From IMG/VR virus record IMGVR_UViG_3300030708_001519, positions 1-25,787 of that record: a stretch of 25,787 bases of DNA. The stretch is one strand, 5' to 3'. The DNA is from a virus. Its lineage: Duplodnaviria; Caudoviricetes. The notes under the pieces were generated by a model, which was not told the origin of the DNA, searched no databases, and saw only the letters and a program-made list of their open reading frames with translations. The position numbers and the translations under genes were made by a program. Positions 9,201 through 18,859 of this stretch are shown piece after piece (within the stretch, counting starts at the first letter, position 1; the number at the start of each line of letters is the position of its first letter).

Positions 9201-12200
9201 TTAGAACATCAACATTATTATGACCAATAGACTCGTCTACAAAAATTGCACTTCTCTCTGGCACACCAGAACCAGGCTCAGCGCCCACGCGAGAAATTGC
9301 TTCGTTCTCAAGTTCAGAGATGTAGTTGAATCGCTCATCCTCTTCAACTGTGTTATCAATGACACCAATATCCGCCATGGTAAACCGTTGATTGTCGATA
9401 TATCTTGCTCTAACATCAGAGGCATCATCGGTGTAGGCAGGAATGTCAACTTGATACAACTCCATCATCTCATCAGTGATACTAGGAGCAACTGGGTTGA
9501 TCGAAGGAACACCACTTACAAGTTTGAATGTTCTGTCTGGTGACAAAGCAATGCTGTCCACTCTTGGCAGATACACGGATGCGTCATATCTTGGGTAAGT
9601 ACCAACGACATCAAATCGACCGCCGGGAAGGTTTCCTACGTTATCAAATCCGTGGGTTGAACCCTCGTTTCTTCTGTCGGAAGTTGGTTTCTCAACAGGT
9701 CTATAGTCAACAGCGTTTGCTAGTGAGAAATCAATACCAGTTTCGGGATCAGTAAATCTTGGAATTTGATCAATTCGAAGAGTTGCTGGATATGAGTCAA
9801 CAGTGATTGGCTTATCCAATCCAGCGTGACTAAAGTATCGGTATGCAACCTTGCCCAACGCAAAGTCTTGACCAGACTCTCTTGGAAGAGTAGCACCAGA
9901 TAGAAGTCTAAGTGATGAGTGATAGAAAGCGTCTGGTTTTTGACCATCAAGCAACTCAAACCTGTTCGTAACGACATTACCATCTCTGTCTTGAACCTCA
10001 ATGAGATCATAAACATGTGCGTGATCTAGTTCAAACACAGGCTGGTTTGGGCCAGCGCCTCTGTTTGAAACGTCCATCGCATTTACACCACCATTCTGTG
10101 CCTCGTATTCAGTCCTACTAAAGAGATCACTGTAGAGGCTTACAGGATTGAGTAGAGTGGTTGCTTGTGTAGTTCCTGTAATGGTTCGTGTTTGATCAAA
10201 CGCACTCATAACACTATTGTTTAGCGATAGTGTTCGAATGTTATGAGTAAAGTCATTTGGAATGCTGTCCCTAAACACGGTAGCGTTCAGAATACCATAG
10301 ACCTCTTGATCGTCTGTGCCGGCGTTACGAATATTCTCATTGGTGATATTGATTCTAAGTGAGCCAGTCGATTGATCCACGGTGATGCTGTATTCATTTG
10401 CTTTGACATATCTGTTACCAGCAAATGCGGTGGCCGGCCCATTACCAGCGTTATCCTTTCTAGGGAGGAATAACGTGTATGCGTTTGCCTGAGGTGGAAT
10501 GAAAGAACAAGAGTCATCAGGCACAGCAACGGGATCTGAAGTTACACTACCCTCTTGGAAACGAACACGCAAGAAAACAGAGTGTGCGGTTCTGGTTGAG
10601 AGACCTGTTGTCACCAACTCAGTGCTATTGTATGGTGCGTTGGGATCGGGTGATAGTGTTTGAACTCTGGCCTGTGCTTGATCTGCGGACAGGATAGGGA
10701 ACACTAGGTTAGCATCGCCAGCGCCTCGACCATCAGTGCCTCCGAATACAAGAAGACCACCCTGCTTCTTCGTTCTGAACATACAGGTGTTGTTCGGGTT
10801 GTTTGTTCCACCAGAAATTTCCGCGAAATCACTGTCGTCGAATGTTCGAATCATATCAGTATCACTGTTGAAATTGAATCGACCGCTGTTCTCGATGGTC
10901 GGATCCTTTTTGAACATTTTGACGTTTGATAAACCAACAAAACCAATTGGTTGTGGAGCCGAAGGATTCCCAAAATCGGCCTGAACCGTTCGAAGGAAAG
11001 CGGTTCCGATGAGAGTAAACTTTTCGGTAGTCCCTTCAACAGATTTCTTGAAAAGACCCACAAGCAAATTTTCCATAACTGCTTGTGCATCGAGGTTGTT
11101 GATATCACCAGAACCAAGGTGGTGATCTTCACTTAGATCGACCCGAACCATATTTTCTGGACTTGCCGGACTAGTAAGATTTCGAAGAGTGCCTAGAGTT
11201 CTTGCCTTTACAATTGAAAGGTAACTAGGTGCGGTTGTTTCAAACTCATAACCTCTAATGTACGCTTTACCTGGCCCAATAATCGCACCAAACTTAGTCG
11301 TGTCAACGCTACCGAAAACATTCTCATTCGTTCCGAAGGACAAAGGAAACGGTCGAACCGTATAGTGACCTGACTCGTCAAATGTTCTTCTTGCTAAAGC
11401 ATCTTCCAAGTCAGCGTAGTTTGAGTATACACTTGCTTTGGTTGTCTCTCCATTGACCACACGGACAACTTCAAAGTAGTTTTCAGTATTGAAAGTAAGT
11501 CCGGCAGCAGAACCAGAGATACCATCAAACTCAATTTGCTTGGGGGAAAGACTTAGTTTATATCGATCTGCTCCGGGTGCATTGTAGTTGTTGAAGCCAA
11601 AGGATGGATCGCGAAGACTATCGTCTTGATCATAACTTACATACTCTCTGGTAATACTGTATCCAAGTGAGTTCGATGGCTTGTCGAAGTCTCGATACCC
11701 GCCTGTAAGATTGTCAACTGCGGGAACGAAAATATTAGAAGCGTTACTTTGAATGAAGTGTCCATCAGCGAAGTAAACACCTTGACCCACATTGACCAAA
11801 AGAGCATCTGCTCCAAGTCCTAGTGCAGTGGTTCCTGCGCCCAAACCGGAACGATCCTGATCAACTTGGAACGTAAGACCATCATTGAGTCCACCGCCCG
11901 TGATCGTAATCACTTCGTCTTTAGAGAAAGCACCACCGGATTGATAATCGAAGAAGATAATTGGAGTCGTATCTTTGGAAAGAGTAGAACCCGCAATGGC
12001 GTGAGTGATGATTGCAGATGTTGGTGTTGACGAACGACCTGCAAAGTCATTGCTTAGTCTTTGGCCAGCCAAACCTGATAGGACAGCATCAGTGAAACCA
12101 ACCGTTGCACCATCATCCTTCATACGAGCAAATCGTGTAAGTTGCTCGTTGATAGCAGCACCACTAACGACTGATCCATTTTCAAAAATGTGATCACCAA

Positions 12201-12363
12201 ATCGCTCCAACTGATTTTGGAGGATGGTCTGGGCCTGTGTCAGTTCTCTTGCCTGAACGGCAACACCAGGCCTAAACAGAACTCTAGCGAAGTTCTTGTC
12301 TTCGCTAAAGTCATCGTAGTATGGTGCGATGTTATGAATTTCAGGTCTATGTGAACGCGCCAT
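6202..12363 (-). CDS. vrlC: VrlC-like large virion structural protein (DUF4815-like) with C-terminal fibre-tip-like domain
   Basis: 2053 aa with NIAPYYDDF...KNFARVLFRPGVAVQARELTQAQTILQNQLERFGDHIF.NGS.V; NYNAPGADRYK; LARRTFDESGHYTV; GPGKAYIRGYE; YLPRVD; RFTMADIG; PLAQTF; SKYISKKV.L. It follows gp8, as in T4-like cyanophages. Confidence 0.88.
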   Translation of the reverse strand: MARSHRPEIHNIAPYYDDFSEDKNFARVLFRPGVAVQARELTQAQTILQNQLERFGDHIFENGSVVSGAAINEQLTRFARMKDDGATVGFTDAVLSGLAGQRLSNDFAGRSSTPTSAIITHAIAGSTLSKDTTPIIFFDYQSGGAFSKDEVITITGGGLNDGLTFQVDQDRSGLGAGTTALGLGADALLVNVGQGVYFADGHFIQSNASNIFVPAVDNLTGGYRDFDKPSNSLGYSITREYVSYDQDDSLRDPSFGFNNYNAPGADRYKLSLSPKQIEFDGISGSAAGLTFNTENYFEVVRVVNGETTKASVYSNYADLEDALARRTFDESGHYTVRPFPLSFGTNENVFGSVDTTKFGAIIGPGKAYIRGYEFETTAPSYLSIVKARTLGTLRNLTSPASPENMVRVDLSEDHHLGSGDINNLDAQAVMENLLVGLFKKSVEGTTEKFTLIGTAFLRTVQADFGNPSAPQPIGFVGLSNVKMFKKDPTIENSGRFNFNSDTDMIRTFDDSDFAEISGGTNNPNNTCMFRTKKQGGLLVFGGTDGRGAGDANLVFPILSADQAQARVQTLSPDPNAPYNSTELVTTGLSTRTAHSVFLRVRFQEGSVTSDPVAVPDDSCSFIPPQANAYTLFLPRKDNAGNGPATAFAGNRYVKANEYSITVDQSTGSLRINITNENIRNAGTDDQEVYGILNATVFRDSIPNDFTHNIRTLSLNNSVMSAFDQTRTITGTTQATTLLNPVSLYSDLFSRTEYEAQNGGVNAMDVSNRGAGPNQPVFELDHAHVYDLIEVQDRDGNVVTNRFELLDGQKPDAFYHSSLRLLSGATLPRESGQDFALGKVAYRYFSHAGLDKPITVDSYPATLRIDQIPRFTDPETGIDFSLANAVDYRPVEKPTSDRRNEGSTHGFDNVGNLPGGRFDVVGTYPRYDASVYLPRVDSIALSPDRTFKLVSGVPSINPVAPSITDEMMELYQVDIPAYTDDASDVRARYIDNQRFTMADIGVIDNTVEEDERFNYISELENEAISRVGAEPGSGVPERSAIFVDESIGHNNVDVLNRDHNVSIDAESREIRPAFVADALGLTQSSINSGVTMSPDGIYTLDYSTSDVILSRKANSFEKANPDAVIDYLGTVKLNPQSDYWFDTTTVPIVVVNTIGENNAYESAATSFKSGRSLGWGSRWNEWNAFWYGNKKKSDTISTDPEDYRNRQYRGSIRSGFVKRIFSNRITRTVGNRVVDLSVVPFMRAVTLKCTVEGMIPGSTAYAFMDNVGIGSVGGYEVGSTGSFSANIALQKGTYQAGAKRVQFLDDSLGRVSASNAIAEDTFYAQGILDQEETDVNSISVRPPVKTRFSVRQSSVFELNDDGNLSEPNQGVLPLAQTFTVDKGQFPLGTFVTGVRLFVRTAPFNPDTPIFVDLRPCDATNGNSPSINTVHRFSQVTKSITDSNVTVNINPSDASGTLFEFSSPVFLPPGRHALTVRCNDSDFSLHSGLIGQTVIDKFGNPIDDTVSQVPYTNGLFLPTNNGSREPYTDRVLMFDLIRADFTGAEQSLSAREVNFATETTEGVDGMNLTKFAANNQIVPSGNDISISSVLRYDDFDTSSTIDVTVPVNSDVVLDEKGIVGGAGNQGRIFARLSADEQKRVSPILDAERLALLRVEMQSNNPAVVGAPPEELNANGESSTVISKYISKKVVLERPARDFRAYIQADIPAGSRIHVFVKAQGPDTIEDFDDLPYIQLFPDGVDDSVAGLPNADPGRVVDFAANQGVDGIDVKFTPAVLSAAFTDDEGNLATPTDLTTSLMPENEEFIAYQVKIVLYSPVGSGDSNHSGDGLGPVIRRLRCAAIDTPRSVVAPPPPGENEGHVVAINTAKAWGCIKVVSGVPTILRSYNVDSVSRADTGAYTVTLPAGNLTAVDADSDGDPESGDTLNIVVLAEQTEIGGLGESFNARFSRDFSTKVSSRVTVSDKKLDASGKPSFTLRTANLTMTEYDSNDDGNGKNFVNWDAADPSSSGRGSGLYAPSGSEGILNFVVFGSRNDSAVTNPDNSTSPAGEGQTIIPL

Positions 12364-12373
12364 TCAACTCTCC

Positions 12374-14347
12374 TCAGAAGTCAATCTCTAGTTGATAATT
12401 TTCGTACTGCTCGTCGTTTCTTGCGATTGGGTCTATACTTCTTATGTATAGCACTTTGCCAGACGGAACCTTGATTTCTGGCCCAGTCACACCGGCAATA
12501 GTGAAATCCACATTACCACCACTTGTTCTTACTTGAAGAGTCTCTGTAGCAGTAAATCCATACTCATTTAGAGTGTTTCCACCCTGCTTGATATCATTGA
12601 CAAAGAACGTAGCAGTCTTTCCACCAGAGGAGCCGACACCACTGATTTCTGCCTCAATCAAAACTGCACCACCACCGGAGGCACCAGTTACGTTTGCATC
12701 CTTGACAAACAAATTAGCGGTGAGGTCCGCACCATCAGTACGAACAGCCTCGATTAGAGTGGATGCTCGATATGATTTTTGTTGAGTGCCGTAATCTCTC
12801 TTGAGAGTTTGTACGACCTTAGCAAAAGAACCATCAATTTGCCAACCGGAGGTCGAAGCCGTTGCGGTTCCAGTCAATCCTCTAACGATTGTTCCAATCG
12901 GCAAATCTCCGACCAAGTTCTCCACCTCTAGTTCGGCCTTTTGAGCAGATGGTTGAAGAGTGAACCGAGTAACTCTACCGGCTGCGGGGGGATCATTGGC
13001 AAAAAGATACGTTCCAACTGGGAAGTCATTCGTTCGTAGCAATGCTCTATCTGAAACATTTGCTTCGATGTCAACCACCGTTTTACTAGTTCCCTCTTTA
13101 CCTGCAATCTTTCCTGCGTCAGTATATCCTGTGCCAATCTCTGGATTCAGAACAAACCCATACATTCGAATGTCGTTATCGCCAGGGAAAGCATCATCAT
13201 CTCTTTCTACTCTAGCAACGACCAAAACTTTACTTGCAAGCAGTTCATATGGAACCGCTGAGCCATGACCACCAATAGGGCCGATGACAGGTCTAACAAC
13301 AGGGGCGGTCGAAACGGATCCACCCAAAGCGATGGATGCTTCACTATAACCACTTCCTGTATTGCTCATGATGATTTCATCTAGAGTAAGATTACTGTTC
13401 ATTCGAGCAAAACCGGCAGCACCAGCACCATCACCCGAGAAAGTAACAGCCGGGGCGATCTCATATGTAGTAGTTGTATCTGGAACAATTGTCCATGCAG
13501 TAGAAATAGTGGCGAGTCTTTGTGCGCCATTATAGTCGGTGATTGTTCTAATCTGCCCCACGCCCGTGCCCGCGACGATTCGAATTGCGTAGTTGTTGTA
13601 CGCATCATCGGTTGAACTTGCAACCGCGGCAAGTCTTACCTGAGTGCTTGTGGGATACTCTCCGGTTGAATTCGCCCGGGCGTTCTGTCCTTCTTCTGCT
13701 CGGATCGCATTCGCATAAGCAGATCCAGCCGAGTCAATAATGACCGTTTCAATCGCACCATTTTTGGCAGCCTTCTGTGAATCATATTGTAGTTCACGTT
13801 CATCACCATACACGCTAGATCTGTTTGGATAGATTGGAATTTCTAGGGCAGGGACTTCTGTACGGGTTTCAAATTCCTTCGCATCCGCTGGAATAGTAAA
13901 CATATACTTCCAGATGTAATCATTTCGAAGTTTGATGGGTTCAAAAGAAACACCAGTCGGTTCGTCAATTGAATTTGAACCTTGTCCGTTACTCAGACAC
14001 TTGTATACATGACCCTCTGAGTTTGTGACATAAAAAGTCTTGGTTGAGAGATCAACCTTATCATCATACTCATCGTACTTGGTATTGGTCTCCCAAGCAT
14101 TTTTAGTAATCATCAGATAGGCAGCAACATCATCAACCAAACGAAAACCAGTTGCTTTTCTGAGTGACAATCTTGATTGCAAATCACTGTTAGTATTTAG
14201 AGCGGTCGTTTCATCGGAGGATAGCGTGACACCGGCAGTGTAAACGAAAAGCCTATCGCTAGAATCAACCCCGAACTTATCTACCAAGTTTTGGGCAAGG
14301 TACGTCTTGAATTCGTTCCTTAGTAAAGATGTGTTTGTAGTGGCCAT
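12374..14347 (-). CDS. gp8: Baseplate wedge subunit gp8
   Basis: 657 aa with W....YDEYDD, FYVTNSE..VYKCLSN, EPTG, YIWKYMFTI, GPIGGHG.....EL and a C-terminal SGKVLYI....PIARNDEQ.E...LEIDF. Confidence 0.9.
   Translation of the reverse strand: MATTNTSLLRNEFKTYLAQNLVDKFGVDSSDRLFVYTAGVTLSSDETTALNTNSDLQSRLSLRKATGFRLVDDVAAYLMITKNAWETNTKYDEYDDKVDLSTKTFYVTNSEGHVYKCLSNGQGSNSIDEPTGVSFEPIKLRNDYIWKYMFTIPADAKEFETRTEVPALEIPIYPNRSSVYGDERELQYDSQKAAKNGAIETVIIDSAGSAYANAIRAEEGQNARANSTGEYPTSTQVRLAAVASSTDDAYNNYAIRIVAGTGVGQIRTITDYNGAQRLATISTAWTIVPDTTTTYEIAPAVTFSGDGAGAAGFARMNSNLTLDEIIMSNTGSGYSEASIALGGSVSTAPVVRPVIGPIGGHGSAVPYELLASKVLVVARVERDDDAFPGDNDIRMYGFVLNPEIGTGYTDAGKIAGKEGTSKTVVDIEANVSDRALLRTNDFPVGTYLFANDPPAAGRVTRFTLQPSAQKAELEVENLVGDLPIGTIVRGLTGTATASTSGWQIDGSFAKVVQTLKRDYGTQQKSYRASTLIEAVRTDGADLTANLFVKDANVTGASGGGAVLIEAEISGVGSSGGKTATFFVNDIKQGGNTLNEYGFTATETLQVRTSGGNVDFTIAGVTGPEIKVPSGKVLYIRSIDPIARNDEQYENYQLEIDF
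12443..12450 (-). promoter_or_regulatory. Putative late promoter TATACATA within the gp8 3' end, upstream of vrlC
   Basis: Same octamer as before gp13, about 80 nt upstream of the vrlC ATG. Confidence 0.45.
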
Positions 14348-14357
14348 TTAGTTACCC

Positions 14358-16781
14358 TTATTCGGTGTCGTAGTTGCTTCGACTCACTGATGTGTGTGCG
14401 AAAGGCATGTTCTTCAAGAAATCAAAAATGGGGAGGAATCTAAACTCTGCTTGAGCATCTAGACTTACACCCTCAAGCATATTTATATGCGGCCCAGAGA
14501 CAGAATATGGTTTTGCGATGATAGACAAAGTTGCACCACCAGTAACACTTTCGATTGGATATGGTGCAGTTTCTCCTGCACCAGTAACAGACGTAAATCT
14601 ACCACCAATCATTTGAATATCAATAAACGCATTTTCATAACCACCGATAAATCCAAGGCCCGATGTTGGTTCCTTTGATGGAGTTCTAGCGGTTCCTTTA
14701 GTAAATCCAGTGAGAAGGCTGGCACCTTTCCCTTGGTTTCGAAGCGCCGTTCCAGACACATTCGAAAAGTCAAATACAATTCTTCCAATTGCCTCTGGCA
14801 TATTTGGAATACGTTGTACCACCAAGTCACCATCTTGAATATCACTATCACCAGTTATGCTATCAATGAAAACTCTGCAAACTGGTTGTGTGATTTTTTC
14901 TCTCTCCTGAAAGTCCATCGTCAAACTCTCAGCAAAGTGGTTTGCATATCTTGTGCCGTACACACTTGGATTCCGACTCCACATTCCAAATCCAGCGGTG
15001 CCGTAACGACTGTAGCCAAAGGAGTGACTACAACGACCGGCGGGATGTGGATACACGGCTAGGTGTAAAGAATCTCCTGTTGAAGCAGACGCTCCAAGAG
15101 ATGCGGTGTTATACCAAACAATCTGCTCCAGTGATTGATGTCCTGATTCGGTTATACCGTAACCAACGGTGATACCATCTGGAGTTCCATCACTCACACC
15201 AATGGGTAACTTCGCGGTCGCTCCACCAGCAGCAGTTGAAGCCTGTGGAACGTGTGCGGTGCGACCACCAACAACAAAGTCTCCTGCCAAGTCTCCTGTT
15301 ACTCCATTATATCCGAATGGAAATAGATCAACAAAGTGACCAGTTGGATCTACCCCACTTGTCGGCCCAGTCACATATCCACGGAGATCAGTAAAGGTAT
15401 CGAAAGTGTACGGGAGGTAGTGACCAATCATAGGACTCTCAAATGCCTGTGTATGGCCATAACGTAAGAATTGATTCTTTACTACCTGAACATACCCTTT
15501 GTTCGCCGCGTTCAAAGATGCGGTTACTCCGGTAAAACCATCTCCAGAAGCACCAAGAATAACATCAGAAAAAACTCTGTGTCCTGCGGGGTGAGCAATT
15601 TTCTTTAGAGGTTCTCTAAAATCCTCGATGCTCTTACTGCTTCTAACTGAGTAAGAGTATCTCTGATAATAATTGTTATCTTGAATTTTGTCAGAGGCAC
15701 CAAGGATGTCTTTCGAACTTGCATATCTGCCTGCTCTAAAACCAGCAACAGTATTGAACACTTCTAGTGCTGCACCTGTTCCGCCGGGAGTAACATCTGT
15801 GGTAGATCCAGTAATGAAATCAAAATCAAGAGTGTGTCCAGCGATGTAATTGGGGTATCGTTTACTTACGCGAACAGAGGTAATCGCACCTTTGACATCT
15901 ACATTTGCAACGACTGCCTCTGCAACCTTTGTGTTTAGAACAGTGTCCCGAATGACAATCTTATCTTGAATTGCATAACCAGTTCCACCACCCGACACAC
16001 CAATATTGCCGACCATTGGAAATGGTGTTTCTTTATACGCAGTTGAACCCGATCTATAAAAGATAGGTTTGTTTGGAACGAAAACTCCAGACACAGATGC
16101 GAGTTTATACTCACTTACATCCAGATTTTCGTGTGTAAAGAATCTACCATCAAGAACGAAGGCGGAGGATGAAATATCACCCGTATCTAATCCATCAACA
16201 GTTTGGAAAATCGTATTACCGATGGTGTCTTTGGCCAAACTGATCCCGTGAGTTCTCGAAAGGAAAAGAGTAATGGGATCATTCCAGAGTGCCGACGATA
16301 GACCAAGGATTTTTTCGCCTGGTCTAATGATGGTTACTGTCTCATTGTACAAGAGACGGAATAGGAGAATGATTGCCTTCTCCCCACCCTTGGCCCTGTA
16401 TAGATCTCCGATTCTCTTTATCGCTGCTTTTTCATTGACTGCGGAGTTGAAGTCAACAGGAAATCCGTGTAGATACTCCGAACTGAAGTGTTCAATGAAA
16501 GAACTAGCAGTCTCATCGATGTCTCTGTTTGAAAGATGCTGCACCGTAGCATATCTTGGATTGCCATCTTGTTCCATCCACTCAAAGTATGCCTGAACAA
16601 AAGCAGAAAAAGTGGGGTGGTCTGATGTAATGAAATCAGGTAGGAGAGATTTTAGTTGTGTCGAAACTCTATCATCAACACTATCGACGATTGTCGGTAG
16701 GGATTCGATAATATCCGTTACGGTGCCTAGACCTAGTAGTGGCGTAATGCCCCCATATTGTGTTGAACTACCTGATACCAT
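14358..16781 (-). CDS. gp7: Baseplate wedge initiator gp7
   Basis: 807 aa with LPDFI..DHPTF.AFVQAYFEWMEQ, RDIDET, LYRAKG.EKAI.LLFRLLYNE and KIQDNNYYQRYSY.VRS........LKKIAHPAG..VF. It lies between gp6 and gp8. Confidence 0.88.
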   Translation of the reverse strand: MVSGSSTQYGGITPLLGLGTVTDIIESLPTIVDSVDDRVSTQLKSLLPDFITSDHPTFSAFVQAYFEWMEQDGNPRYATVQHLSNRDIDETASSFIEHFSSEYLHGFPVDFNSAVNEKAAIKRIGDLYRAKGGEKAIILLFRLLYNETVTIIRPGEKILGLSSALWNDPITLFLSRTHGISLAKDTIGNTIFQTVDGLDTGDISSSAFVLDGRFFTHENLDVSEYKLASVSGVFVPNKPIFYRSGSTAYKETPFPMVGNIGVSGGGTGYAIQDKIVIRDTVLNTKVAEAVVANVDVKGAITSVRVSKRYPNYIAGHTLDFDFITGSTTDVTPGGTGAALEVFNTVAGFRAGRYASSKDILGASDKIQDNNYYQRYSYSVRSSKSIEDFREPLKKIAHPAGHRVFSDVILGASGDGFTGVTASLNAANKGYVQVVKNQFLRYGHTQAFESPMIGHYLPYTFDTFTDLRGYVTGPTSGVDPTGHFVDLFPFGYNGVTGDLAGDFVVGGRTAHVPQASTAAGGATAKLPIGVSDGTPDGITVGYGITESGHQSLEQIVWYNTASLGASASTGDSLHLAVYPHPAGRCSHSFGYSRYGTAGFGMWSRNPSVYGTRYANHFAESLTMDFQEREKITQPVCRVFIDSITGDSDIQDGDLVVQRIPNMPEAIGRIVFDFSNVSGTALRNQGKGASLLTGFTKGTARTPSKEPTSGLGFIGGYENAFIDIQMIGGRFTSVTGAGETAPYPIESVTGGATLSIIAKPYSVSGPHINMLEGVSLDAQAEFRFLPIFDFLKNMPFAHTSVSRSNYDTE
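14480..14487 (-). promoter_or_regulatory. Canonical T4 late promoter sequence TATAAATA within the gp7 3' end
   Basis: Exact consensus on the minus strand, about 130 nt upstream of the gp8 ATG. It could be incidental. Confidence 0.4.
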
Positions 16782-16789
16782 TACTTACC

Positions 16790-16997
16790 TCAATAACCTG
16801 ATCCTGATCCCGAAGATGGTGTAGATGAAGTCGTCACGCTCGTATCTGCACTGCGAGTATCGGGGCTAGTACCCGTTCCGCGTGTGGGAGTGCCTACTCC
16901 GGTGTCACGCAAGGTGGCATCTGGCGTGCGAGTAGTAACAGTGGTGACTGTGGTTGTAGTGGTTCCACTCGTTGTGGTCGTAGAGACACCTTCGGGG
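16790..16997 (-). repeat. Thr/Ser-rich low-complexity C-terminal tail of gp6
   Basis: PEGVSTTTTSGTTTTTVTTVTTRTPD...TSVTTSSTPSSGSGSGY. Confidence 0.8.
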
Positions 16998-18859
16998 AAG
17001 TAATTTGCAACCTGAGCATCAACAATCAGTCCAGACAATCTGTTAGACTCTGACAAACCATCAACGGTGATTGCGTTTGATTGATCTGAGTCCACAAACA
17101 AAACGGCAGATCTTTCAGCATATGCGTTGCTTGTCTTCGAGAGAGGAGCCGTAAATGTAATGTAATCTGTGGTTCCAGACAAAGACATGATTCTGATTGA
17201 AGTAACTGTTGCCCGACCACTAGCATAGTCAATGGTGCCTGCATTGGTTCGAATGGTTTCCTCCTGACCAGCACTATTACGATATTTCAGACGAAGGATT
17301 CCAGATCCATCATCATCAATAAATGCGTTCGTATATGTCGTTCCATCACTCTCCTTCACAGTGAATTCAGTGGATGTGAAGACAGTCATATGGCCATCAT
17401 GAGGATGTTCAATCGGATTGTTGAACGTGACTTGATATGTTTGGAGTGAATCAAGGAAGGGAGTGATTCTCTTTTGCATACCAATATTCGTGACGGAGCC
17501 AAGAATTGATACGTCCGTTGCATCAATGGTCGCAGCGAGTTTAGATCTAATCATGTCCCCATCAAAAACACCAACTGTAGAGTCCACATAATTTTTGATA
17601 GTGGTTCTTACATTATTCAACAAAGTGCTTTGAGTCGATGACAAAGCCTTATCGTCGTAGAAAACAACTGTAGCAAAGGTTAGGTAAGTAATGTCTGGTG
17701 CGACAATCAATGGTTTGACACCGACAACAGACTTTGACGAAACGTAGTCTGAGATCTCTCTCTTTTGCTGATCACTCAAATCAAATCCACTATTGTCCAC
17801 AAGAGAGATTAGAACTTTGCCAAACTGTGGTGGGTTTGCATCCTCTCCACCAAAAACAAACGCAGATCTGATGTTACCAAACTGAGCGAGAATGAGTGAG
17901 ACATAATCATCCGAGGTAACCGCTCTGTTCTGCGAAGCAAATTGTCTAGGTGCATTGAATCTAATTGATGCGACTGACTCTGCTGTAGATCCCCCTGCTG
18001 CGTTGGAAATCGTGGTGATCGTATTCGCTCCGCTTCCATGAATAAAAGTGCTAAGTGAGTTTGCGTCACTTCCACTAGATCTGAGATATGTGATTGTCAC
18101 AAGACTACCACTAGCAGGCTTCAAACCAACAACCCCATCACCAAAAACAATCTCATACTTTTCATCTCTACCTTGCTCAACAAAATAACACTTAGTTGTG
18201 GCTTCAATGTCAACGGTATCTGCCGGTGCCTCTGACCAAAGATCAGTTCTGCCTGTGTTGTCTGTTGCGGAGGTCTGTACGTTTACAGTTATGGTTGAAG
18301 TATCAACATCCAAATCTGGAATGATGAACTTTTGATTCAAGTTTGAGTTGTCCACGATATATGAAGTTTGATTGAGAGTACCCTCAGTAATTTCAAGATT
18401 AGAAATGTGAGCGGTAGCACCAGATCCAACTGTGATCGCATCAAGATTGATTGTTGCCGATGATCTATTCGTAAACTGATAAGATCGACCAGAACTGGTT
18501 GAGTTGAATTTACTACCAATCGGGAACGTCGAGGAAAGGCCTGCCGTGCTACCGAAAGTAATGTCTACTGTTGCTTTGGCACTTCTTGCTGATCGAGGGG
18601 TATATCCCAGGCCCTTTGCGTGCGAGACCACCGAATCTCTTTTGATCGCTGAGTCTAGGAACATCTCGTTCGCGACCATGTTGTTGTAGAATCCTTGCTG
18701 ATAACTGTGATATGCAAGGAGGTCTAGAAGAACTGAGATACCAGAGCCTTCGAAGTCATAGTCCCTGAAAGTATCTTGTTCACTGAGATACTCTTTGAGA
18801 GACGCACGAATAGTATCAAAGTCGAGCGAGTTGATTTGAATGTTCTTACTATTTGGCAT
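16790..18859 (-). CDS. gp6: Baseplate wedge subunit gp6
   Basis: 689 aa with LDFDTIRASLKEYL.EQ..FRDYDFEGSG.SVLLDLLAY, NM.ANEMFLDSA..RDSVVSHAK.LGYTPRS, YEIVFGDG, APRQFASQNRAVT.DDY, GGEDANPPQFGKV.IS and GTIDY.SG. Confidence 0.95.
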   Translation of the reverse strand: MPNSKNIQINSLDFDTIRASLKEYLSEQDTFRDYDFEGSGISVLLDLLAYHSYQQGFYNNMVANEMFLDSAIKRDSVVSHAKGLGYTPRSARSAKATVDITFGSTAGLSSTFPIGSKFNSTSSGRSYQFTNRSSATINLDAITVGSGATAHISNLEITEGTLNQTSYIVDNSNLNQKFIIPDLDVDTSTITVNVQTSATDNTGRTDLWSEAPADTVDIEATTKCYFVEQGRDEKYEIVFGDGVVGLKPASGSLVTITYLRSSGSDANSLSTFIHGSGANTITTISNAAGGSTAESVASIRFNAPRQFASQNRAVTSDDYVSLILAQFGNIRSAFVFGGEDANPPQFGKVLISLVDNSGFDLSDQQKREISDYVSSKSVVGVKPLIVAPDITYLTFATVVFYDDKALSSTQSTLLNNVRTTIKNYVDSTVGVFDGDMIRSKLAATIDATDVSILGSVTNIGMQKRITPFLDSLQTYQVTFNNPIEHPHDGHMTVFTSTEFTVKESDGTTYTNAFIDDDGSGILRLKYRNSAGQEETIRTNAGTIDYASGRATVTSIRIMSLSGTTDYITFTAPLSKTSNAYAERSAVLFVDSDQSNAITVDGLSESNRLSGLIVDAQVANYFPEGVSTTTTSGTTTTTVTTVTTRTPDATLRDTGVGTPTRGTGTSPDTRSADTSVTTSSTPSSGSGSGY

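Noticed and set aside
14477-14490. Inverted repeat GCATAT-TT-ATATGC around the TATAAATA
   Set aside because: A 6-bp arm with a 2-nt loop is expected by chance in 26 kb.
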